From NCBI GenBank assembly GCA_964057225.1, contig OZ059898.1, positions 3,720,001 to 3,784,000 of the forward strand: 64,000 nt of DNA, read 5' to 3'. Of this stretch, positions 53,701-64,000 are shown piece by piece. Numbering within the stretch: position 1 is the stretch's first letter; every line of letters begins with the position of its first letter. The notes under the pieces were generated by a model that worked only from the letters and a program-made list of their open reading frames with translations, was not told the DNA's origin and searched no databases. The translations under genes and the position numbers were made by a program. This stretch comes from Auanema rhodensis. Lineage: Eukaryota; Animalia; Nematoda.

Positions 53701-56700
53701 TGCGGATTTTTAAGCTGCGTCGATCTGTGTTATCTGATTTGCGCTAGCTTGAAAATGCACCGAGATATCAAATGATATAGGTTCACACTTATATCCTCGA
53801 TTTTCACCCTGAAGAATTAATTTTTTCGTTGAATAACAATGTCCATCGTCTTTGTCTTGAAAAAAGGAATCTAAAAACATCTACTTTTCATAAAATTATT
53901 TGGAAATTTTTCGAGAAAATTTTTGTCAAAATGTTTTTGGAACCAATTTTGAGTGTACATGGAAATTCAACATACACAAATGCATCATTTTTCAAACGAT
54001 CATAACTAATTTTTGAATTGAGCTTTTCTTAATGTAGTATAGTGCATTCGATGCGGATTTTTAAGCTGCGTCGATCTGTGTTATCTGATTTGCGCTAGCT
54101 TGAAAATGCACCGAGATATCAAATGATATAGGTTCACACTTATATCCTCGATTTTCACCCTGAAGAATTAATTTTTTCGTTGAATAACAATGTCCATCGT
54201 CTTTGTCTTGAAAAAAGGAATCTAAAAACATCTACTTTTCATAAAATTATTTGGAAATTTTTCGGGAAAATTTTTGTCAAAATGTTTTTGGAAGCAATTT
54301 TGAGTGTACATGGAAACTCAACATACAGTAATGCATCATTTTTCAAACGATCATAACTAATTTTTGTATTGAGCTTTTCTCAATGTAATATAGTGCATTC
54401 GATGCGGATTTTTAAGCTGCGTCGATCTGTGTTATCAGATTTGCGCTAGCTTGAAAATGCACCGAGATATCAAATGATATAGGTTCACACTTATATCCTC
54501 GATTTTCACCCTGAAGAATTAATTTTTTCGTTGAATAACAATGTCCATCGTCTTTGTCTTGAAAAAAGGAATCTAAAAACATCTACTTTTCATAAAATTA
54601 TTTGGAAATTTTTCGGGAAAATTTTTGTCAAAATGTTTTTGGAACCAATTTTGAGTGTACATGGAAATTCAACATACAGTAATGCATCATTTTTCAAACG
54701 ATCATAACTAATTTTTGTATTGAGCTTTTCTCAATGTAGTATAGTGCATTCGATGCGGATTTTCAAGCTGCGTCGATCTGTGTTATCTGATTTGCGCTAG
54801 CTTGAAAATGCACCGAGATATCAAATGATATAGGTTCACACTTATATCCTCGATTTTCACCCTGAAGAATTAATTTTTTCGTTGAATAACAATGTCCATC
54901 GTCTTTGTCTTGAAAAAAGGAATCTAAAAACATCTACTTTTCATAAAATTATTTGGAAATTTTTGAGAAAATTTTTGTCAAAATGTTTTTGGAAGCAATT
55001 TTGAGTGTACATGGAAACTCAACATACAGTAATGCATCATTTTTCAAACGATCATAACTAATTTTTGAATTGAGCTTTTCTTAATGTAGTATAGTGCATT
55101 CGATGCGGATTTTTAAGCTGCGTCGATCTGTGTTATCTGATTTGCGCTAGCTTGAAAATGCACCGAGATATCAAATGATATAGGTTCACACGTATATCCT
55201 CGATTTTCACTCTGAAGAATTAATTTTTTCGTTGAATAACAATGTCCATCGTCTTTGTCTTGAAAAAAGGAATCTAAAAACATCTACTTTTCATAAAATT
55301 ATTTGGAAATTTTTCGGGAAAATTTTTGTCAAAATGTTTTTGGAACCAATTTTGAGTGTACATGGAAATTCAACATACACAAATGCATCATTTTTCAAAC
55401 GATCATAACTAATTTTTGTATTGAGCTTTTCTCAATGTAGTATAGTGCATTCGATGCGGATTTTCAAGCTGCGTCGATCTGTGTTATCTGATTTGCGCTA
55501 GCTTGAAAATGCACCGAGATATCAAATGATATAGGTTCACACGTATATCCTCGATTTTCACTCTGAAGAATTAATTTTTTCGTTGAATAACAATGTCCAT
55601 CGTCTTTGTCTTGAAAAAAGGAATCTAAAAACATCTACTTTTCATAAAATTATTTGGAAATTTTTCGGGAAAATTTTTGTCAAAATGTTTTTGGAACCAA
55701 TTTTGAGTGTACATGGAAATTCAACATACAGTAATGCATCATTTTTCAAACGATCATAACTAATTTTTGTATTGAGCTTTTCTCAATGTAATATAGTGCA
55801 TTCGATGCGGATTTTTAAGCTGCGTCGATCTGTGTTATCAGATTTGCGCTAGCTTGAAAATGCACCGAGATATCAAATGATATAGGTTCACACTTATATC
55901 CTCGATTTTCACCCTGAAGAATTAATTTTTTCGTTGAATAACAATGTCCATCGTCTTTGTCTTGAAAAAAGGAATCTAAAAACATCTACTTTTCATAAAA
56001 TTATTTGGAAATTTTTCGGGAAAATTTTTGTCAAAATGTTTTTGGAAGCAATTTTGAGTGTACATGGAAACTCAACATACAGTAATGCATCATTTTTCAA
56101 ACGATCATAACTAATTTTTGAATTGAGCTTTTCTCAATGTAGTATAGTGCATTCGATGCGGATTTTCAAGCTGCGTCGATCTGTGTTATCTGATTTGCGC
56201 TAGCTTGAAAATGCACCGAGATATCAAATGATATAGGTTCACACTTATATCCTCGATTTTCACCCTGAAGAATTAATTTTTTCGTTGAATAACAATGTCC
56301 ATCGTCTTTGTCTTGAAAAAAGGAATCTAAAAACATCTACTTTATGTGAAATTATTTGGAAATTTTTCGAGAAAATTTTTGTCAAAATGTTTTTGGAAGC
56401 AATTTTGAGTGTACATGGAAACTCTTTTTCAACTCAACATACAGTAATGCATCATTTTTCAAACGATCATAACTAATTTTTGTATTGAGCTTTTCTCAAT
56501 GTAGTATAGTGCATTCGATGCGGATTTTTAAGCTGCGTCGATCTGTGTTATCAGATTTGCGCTAGCTTGAAAATGCACCGAGATATCAAATGATATAGGT
56601 TCACACTTATATCCTCGATTTTCACCCTGAAGAATTAATTTTTTCGTTGAATAACAATGTCCATCGTCTTTGTCTTGAAAAAAGGAATCTAAAAATATCT

Positions 56701-59700
56701 ACTTTTCATAAAATTATTTGGAAATTTTTCGGGAAAATTTTTGTCAAAATGTTTTTGGAAGCAATTTTGAGTGTACATGGAAACTCAACATACAGTAATG
56801 CATCATTTTTCAAACGATCATAACTAATTTTTGAATTGAGCTTTTCTCAATGTAGTATAGTGCATTCGATGCGGATTTTCAAGCTGCGTCGATCTGTGTT
56901 ATCTGATTTGCGCTAGCTTGAAAATGCACCGAGATATCAAATGATATAGGTTCACACTTATATCCTCGATTTTCACCCTGAAGAATTAATTTTTTCGTTG
57001 AATAACAATGTCCATCGTCTTTGTCTTGAAAAAAGGAATCTAAAAACATCTACTTTATGTGAAATTATTTGGAAATTTTTCGAGAAAATTTTTGTCAAAA
57101 TGTTTTTGGAAGCAATTTTGAGTGTACATGGAAACTCTTTTTCAACTCAACATACAGTAATGCATCATTTTTCAAACGATCATAACTAATTTTTGTATTG
57201 AGCTTTTCTCAATGTAGTATAGTGCATTCGATGCGGATTTTTAAGCTGCGTCGATCTGTGTTATCAGATTTGCGCTAGCTTGAAAATGCACCGAGATATC
57301 AAATGATATAGGTTCACACGTATATCCTCGATTTTCACTCTGAAGAATTAATTTTTTCGTTGAATAACAATGTCCATCGTCTTTGTCTTGAAAAAAGGAA
57401 TCTGAAAACATCTACTTTTCATAAAATTATTTGGAAATTTTTCGGGAAAATTTTTGTCAAAATGTTTTTGGAACCAATTTTGAGTGTACATGGAAATTCA
57501 ACATACAGTAATGCATCATTTTTCAAACGATCATAACTAATTTTTGTATTGAGCTTTTCTCAATGTAGTATAGTGCATTCGATGCGGACTTTTAAGCTGC
57601 GTCGATCTGTGTTATCAGATTTGCGCTAGCTTGAAAATGCACCGAGATATCAAATGATATAGGTTCACACTTATATCCTCGATTTTCACCCTGAAGAATT
57701 AATTTTTTCGTTGAATAACAATGTCCATCGTCTTTGTCTTGAAAAAAGGAATCTAAAAATATCTACTTTTCATAAAATTATTTGGAAATTTTTCGGGAAA
57801 ATTTTTGTCAAAATGTTTTTGGAAGCAATTTTGAGTGTACATGGAAACTCTTTTTCAACTCAACATACAGTAATGCATCATTTTTCAAACGATCATAACT
57901 AATTTTTGTATTGAGCTTTTCTTAATGTAGTATAGTGCATTCAATGCGGATTTTTAAGCTGCGTCGATCTGTGTTATCAGATTTGCGCTAGCTTGAAAAT
58001 GCACCGAGATATCACATGATATAGGTTCACACTTATATCCTCGATTTTCACCCTGAAGAATTAATTTTTTCGTTGAATAACACTGTCCATCGTCTTTGTC
58101 TTCAAAAAAGGAATCTAAAAACATCTACTTTTTATAAAATTATTTGGAAATTTTTCGAGAAAATTTTTGTCAAAATGTTTTTGGAAGCAATTTTGAGTGT
58201 ACATGGAAACTCTTTTTCAACTCAACATACAGTAATGCATCATTTTTCAAACGATCATAACTAATTTTTGTATTGAGCTTTTCTCAATGTAGTATAGTGC
58301 ATTCGATGCGGATTTTCAAGCTGCGTCGATCTGTGTTATCTGATTTGCGCTAGCTTGAAAATGCACCGAGATATCAAATGATATAGGTTCACACTTATAT
58401 CCTCGATTTTCACCCTGAAGAATTAATTTTTTCGTTGAATAACAATGTCCATCGTCTTTGTCTTGAAAAAAGGAATCTAAAAACATCTACTTTTCATAAA
58501 ATTATTTGGAAATTTTTCGAGAAAATTTTTGTCAAAATGTTTTTGGAAGCAATTTTGAGTGTACATGGAAACTCAACATACACAAATGCATCATTTTTCA
58601 AACGATCATAACTAATTTTTGAATTGAGCTTTTCTTAATGTAGTATAGTGCATTCGATGCGGATTTTTAAGCTGCGTCGATCTGTGTTATCTGATTTGCG
58701 CTAGCTTGAAAATGCACCGAGATATCAAATGATATAGGTTCACACTTATATCCTCGATTTTCACCCTGAAGAATTAATTTTTTCGTTGAATAACAATGTC
58801 CATCGTCTTTGTCTTGAAAAAAGGAATCTAAAAACATCTACTTTTCATAAAATTATTTGGAAATTTTTCGAGAAAATTTTTGTCAAAATGTTTTTGGAAC
58901 CAATTTTGAGTGTACATGGAAACTCTTTTTCAACTCAACATACAGTAATGCATCATTTTTCAAACGATCATAACTAATTTTTGTATTGAGCTTTTCTCAA
59001 TGTAGTATAGTGCATTCGATGCGGATTTTCAAGCTGCGTCGATCTGTGTTATCTGATTTGCGCTAGCTTGAAAATGCACCGAGATATCAAATGATATAGG
59101 TTCACACTTATATCCTCGATTTTCACCCTGAAGAATTAATTTTTTCGTTGAATAACAATGTCCATCGTCTTTGTCTTGAAAAAAGGAATCTAAAAACATC
59201 TACTTTTCATAAAATTATTTGGAAATTTTTCGAGAAAATTTTTGTCAAAATGTTTTTGGAAGCAATTTTGAGTGTACATGGAAACTCAACATACACAAAT
59301 GCATCATTTTTCAAACGATCATAACTAATTTTTGAATTGAGCTTTTCTTAATGTAGTATAGTGCATTCGATGCGGATTTTTAAGCTGCGTCGATCTGTGT
59401 TATCTGATTTGCGCTAGCTTGAAAATGCACCGAGATATCAAATGATATAGGTTCACACTTATATCCTCGATTTTCACCCTGAAGAATTAATTTTTTCGTT
59501 GAATAACAATGTCCATCGTCTTTGTCTTGAAAAAAGGAATCTAAAAACATCTACTTTTCATAAAATTATTTGGAAATTTTTCGAGAAAATTTTTGTCAAA
59601 ATGTTTTTGGAACCAATTTTGAGTGTACATGGAAATTCAACATACACAAATGCATCATTTTTCAAACGATCATAACTAATTTTTGAATTGAGCTTTTCTT

Positions 59701-62700
59701 AATGTAGTATAGTGCATTCGATGCGGATTTTCAAGCTGCGTCGATCTGTGTTATCTGATTTGCGCTAGCTTGAAAATGCACCGAGATATCAAATGATATA
59801 GGTTCACACTTATATCCTCGATTTTCACCCTGAAGAATTAATTTTTTCGTTGAATAACAATGTCCATCGTCTTTGTCTTGAAAAAAGGAATCTAAAAACA
59901 TCTACTTTTCATAAAATTATTTGGAAATTTTTCGGGAAAATTTTTGTCAAAATGTTTTTGGAAGCAATTTTGAGTGTACATGGAAACTCAACATACAGTA
60001 ATGCATCATTTTTCAAACGATCATAACTAATTTTTGTATTGAGCTTTTCTCAATGTAATATAGTGCATTCGATGCGGATTTTTAAGCTGCGTCGATCTGT
60101 GTTATCAGATTTGCGCTAGCTTGAAAATGCACCGAGATATCAAATGATATAGGTTCACACTTATATCCTCGATTTTCACCCTGAAGAATTAATTTTTTCG
60201 TTGAATAACAATGTCCATCGTCTTTGTCTTGAAAAAAGGAATCTAAAAACATCTACTTTTCATAAAATTATTTGGAAATTTTTCGGGAAAATTTTTGTCA
60301 AAATGTTTTTGGAACCAATTTTGAGTGTACATGGAAATTCAACATACAGTAATGCATCATTTTTCAAACGATCATAACTAATTTTTGTATTGAGCTTTTC
60401 TCAATGTAGTATAGTGCATTCGATGCGGATTTTCAAGCTGCGTCGATCTGTGTTATCTGATTTGCGCTAGCTTGAAAATGCACCGAGATATCAAATGATA
60501 TAGGTTCACACTTATATCCTCGATTTTCACCCTGAAGAATTAATTTTTTCGTTGAATAACAATGTCCATCGTCTTTGTCTTGAAAAAAGGAATCTAAAAA
60601 CATCTACTTTTCATAAAATTATTTGGAAATTTTTGAGAAAATTTTTGTCAAAATGTTTTTGGAAGCAATTTTGAGTGTACATGGAAACTCAACATACAGT
60701 AATGCATCATTTTTCAAACGATCATAACTAATTTTTGAATTGAGCTTTTCTTAATGTAGTATAGTGCATTCGATGCGGATTTTTAAGCTGCGTCGATCTG
60801 TGTTATCTGATTTGCGCTAGCTTGAAAATGCACCGAGATATCAAATGATATAGGTTCACACTTATATCCTCGATTTTCACCCTGAAGAATTAATTTTTTC
60901 GTTGAATAACAATGTCCATCGTCTTTGTCTTGAAAAAAGGAATCTAAAAACATCTACTTTTCATAAAATTATTTGGAAATTTTTGAGAAAATTTTTGTCA
61001 AAATGTTTTTGGAAGCAATTTTGAGTGTACATGGAAACTCAACATACAGTAATGCATCATTTTTCAAACGATCATAACTAATTTTTGAATTGAGCTTTTC
61101 TTAATGTAGTATAGTGCATTCGATGCGGATTTTTAAGCTGCGTCGATCTGTGTTATCTGATTTGCGCTAGCTTGAAAATGCACCGAGATATCAAATGATA
61201 TAGGTTCACACGTATATCCTCGATTTTCACTCTGAAGAATTAATTTTTTCGTTGAATAACAATGTCCATCGTCTTTGTCTTGAAAAAAGGAATCTAAAAA
61301 CATCTACTTTTCATAAAATTATTTGGAAATTTTTCGGGAAAATTTTTGTCAAAATGTTTTTGGAACCAATTTTGAGTGTACATGGAAATTCAACATACAC
61401 AAATGCATCATTTTTCAAACGATCATAACTAATTTTTGTATTGAGCTTTTCTCAATGTAGTATAGTGCATTCGATGCGGATTTTCAAGCTGCGTCGATCT
61501 GTGTTATCTGATTTGCGCTAGCTTGAAAATGCACCGAGATATCAAATGATATAGGTTCACACGTATATCCTCGATTTTCACTCTGAAGAATTAATTTTTT
61601 CGTTGAATAACAATGTCCATCGTCTTTGTCTTGAAAAAAGGAATCTAAAAACATCTACTTTTCATAAAATTATTTGGAAATTTTTCGGGAAAATTTTTGT
61701 CAAAATGTTTTTGGAACCAATTTTGAGTGTACATGGAAATTCAACATACAGTAATGCATCATTTTTCAAACGATCATAACTAATTTTTGTATTGAGCTTT
61801 TCTCAATGTAATATAGTGCATTCGATGCGGATTTTTAAGCTGCGTCGATCTGTGTTATCAGATTTGCGCTAGCTTGAAAATGCACCGAGATATCAAATGA
61901 TATAGGTTCACACTTATATCCTCGATTTTCACCCTGAAGAATTAATTTTTTCGTTGAATAACAATGTCCATCGTCTTTGTCTTGAAAAAAGGAATCTAAA
62001 AATATCTACTTTTCATAAAATTATTTGGAAATTTTTCGGGAAAATTTTTGTCAAAATGTTTTTGGAAGCAATTTTGAGTGTACATGGAAACTCAACATAC
62101 AGTAATGCATCATTTTTCAAACGATCATAACTAATTTTTGAATTGAGCTTTTCTCAATGTAGTATAGTGCATTCGATGCGGATTTTCAAGCTGCGTCGAT
62201 CTGTGTTATCTGATTTGCGCTAGCTTGAAAATGCACCGAGATATCAAATGATATAGGTTCACACTTATATCCTCGATTTTCACCCTGAAGAATTAATTTT
62301 TTCGTTGAATAACAATGTCCATCGTCTTTGTCTTGAAAAAAGGAATCTAAAAACATCTACTTTATGTGAAATTATTTGGAAATTTTTCGAGAAAATTTTT
62401 GTCAAAATGTTTTTGGAAGCAATTTTGAGTGTACATGGAAACTCTTTTTCAACTCAACATACAGTAATGCATCATTTTTCAAACGATCATAACTAATTTT
62501 TGTATTGAGCTTTTCTTAATGTAGTATAGTGCATTCAATGCGGATTTTTAAGCTGCGTCGATCTGTGTTATCAGATTTGCGCTAGCTTGAAAATGCACCG
62601 AGATATCACATGATATAGGTTCACACTTATATCCTCGATTTTCACCCTGAAGAATTAATTTTTTCGTTGAATAACACTGTCCATCGTCTTTGTCTTCAAA

Positions 62701-64000
62701 AAAGGAATCTAAAAACATCTACTTTTTATAAAATTATTTGGAAATTTTTCGAGAAAATTTTTGTCAAAATGTTTTTGGAAGCAATTTTGAGTGTACATGG
62801 AAACTCTTTTTCAACTCAACATACAGTAATGCATCATTTTTCAAACGATCATAACTAATTTTTGTATTGAGCTTTTCTCAATGTAGTATAGTGCATTCGA
62901 TGCGGATTTTTAAGCTGCGTCGATCTGTGTTATCAGATTTGCGCTAGCTTGAAAATGCACCGAGATATCAAATGATATAGGTTCACACTTATATCCTCGA
63001 TTTTCACCCTGAAGAATTAATTTTTTCGTTGAATAACAATGTCCATCGTCTTTGTCTTGAAAAAAGGAATCTAAAAATATCTACTTTTCATAAAATTATT
63101 TGGAAATTTTTCGGGAAAATTTTTGTCAAAATGTTTTTGGAAGCAATTTTGAGTGTACATGGAAACTCTTTTTCAACTCAACATACAGTAATGCATCATT
63201 TTTCAAACGATCATAACTAATTTTTGTATTGAGCTTTTCTCAATGTAGTATAGTGCATTCGATGCGGATTTTCAAGCTGCGTCGATCTGTGTTATCTGAT
63301 TTGCGCTAGCTTGAAAATGCACCGAGATATCAAATGATATAGGTTCACACTTATATCCTCGATTTTCACCCTGAAGAATTAATTTTTTCGTTGAATAACA
63401 ATGTCCATCGTCTTTGTCTTGAAAAAAGGAATCTAAAAACATCTACTTTTCATAAAATTATTTGGAAATTTTTCGAGAAAATTTTTGTCAAAATGTTTTT
63501 GGAACCAATTTTGAGTGTACATGGAAATTCAACATACACAAATGCATCATTTTTCAAACGATCATAACTAATTTTTGAATTGAGCTTTTCTTAATGTAGT
63601 ATAGTGCATTCGATGCGGATTTTTAAGCTGCGTCGATCTGTGTTATCTGATTTGCGCTAGCTTGAAAATGCACCGAGATATCAAATGATATAGGTTCACA
63701 CTTATATCCTCGATTTTCACCCTGAAGAATTAATTTTTTCGTTGAATAACAATGTCCATCGTCTTTGTCTTGAAAAAAGGAATCTAAAAACATCTACTTT
63801 TCATAAAATTATTTGGAAATTTTTCGGGAAAATTTTTGTCAAAATGTTTTTGGAAGCAATTTTGAGTGTACATGGAAACTCAACATACAGTAATGCATCA
63901 TTTTTCAAACGATCATAACTAATTTTTGTATTGAGCTTTTCTCAATGTAATATAGTGCATTCGATGCGGATTTTTAAGCTGCGTCGATCTGTGTTATCTG
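35700..64000 (+). repeat. Variant domain D: higher-order repeat of about 13 monomers (about 4.6 kb) with length variants of 13, 13, 18, 14 and 13 monomers
   Basis: Dominant alleles are TTTTCATAAAATTATTTGG, TATCTGATTTG and TTTTCAAGC. A marker monomer (CATTCAATG, ATCACATG, AACACTGTCC, CTTCAAAAA; ORF MNNTVHRLCLQ) occurs at 37545, 42151, 46745, 53116, 58073 and 62667, with spacings 4606, 4594, 6371, 4957 and 4594. Confidence 0.9.

Larger units (their letters stand above)
1..64000 (+). repeat. Tandem satellite DNA array, 351/362-bp monomer, 180 full copies plus a partial, all in the same orientation and running off both window ends
   Basis: Anchor TGTACATGGAAA recurs at 1, 352, 704, 1066 ... 63867. 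ORF-track spacings are sums of 351 and 362. 63866 = 180x351 + 63x11 + 2 - 9, matching my count of long monomers and 1-bp indels. No non-satellite sequence was seen. Confidence 0.99.

Noticed and set aside
579-63220. Repeated 63-aa + strand ORF (MNNNVHRLCL...)
   Set aside because: It starts at TTG, is open only in monomers with the 11-bp segment, and is broken by TAA in the TGCTAA haplotype. It is F/K/I-rich as expected from A/T tracts and has no recognisable domain. It is a satellite by-product.
1-64000. CRISPR array or variable-cassette system
   Set aside because: There are no unique spacers: the entire unit repeats. No cas, recombinase or reverse transcriptase gene is present in the window.

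Overview
The whole 64 kb window is one uninterrupted, head-to-tail, single-orientation satellite DNA array. It is AT-rich (about 33% GC, hand count of monomer 1) and very probably eukaryotic heterochromatin or (peri)centromere. Taking TGTACATGGAAA at position 1 as the monomer start, I count 180 complete monomers plus a 134-bp partial one starting at 63867. There are two length classes, 351 bp and 362 bp. They differ by an 11-bp indel (TTTTTCAACTC) flanked by AACTC microhomology, and 63 monomers are long. Two copies carry a 1-bp insertion and nine a 1-bp deletion, and these counts add up exactly to the coordinates. I find no genes, RNA genes, transposon insertions, inversions or CRISPR arrays; all listed ORFs are by-products of the repeat. 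The interest lies in the architecture: (i) regional domains of diagnostic variants; (ii) local 2-, 3-, 5- and 8-monomer duplications on the left, and a variable 13/13/18/14/13-monomer higher-order repeat (HOR) from about 36 kb; (iii) shuffling of a small set of recurrent alleles, implying gene conversion or unequal exchange; (iv) inside each monomer, a nested ~118-bp dyad plus a phased A/T-tract segment. I cannot name the satellite family or species from sequence alone, and I see no evidence here for a new protein-coding system.
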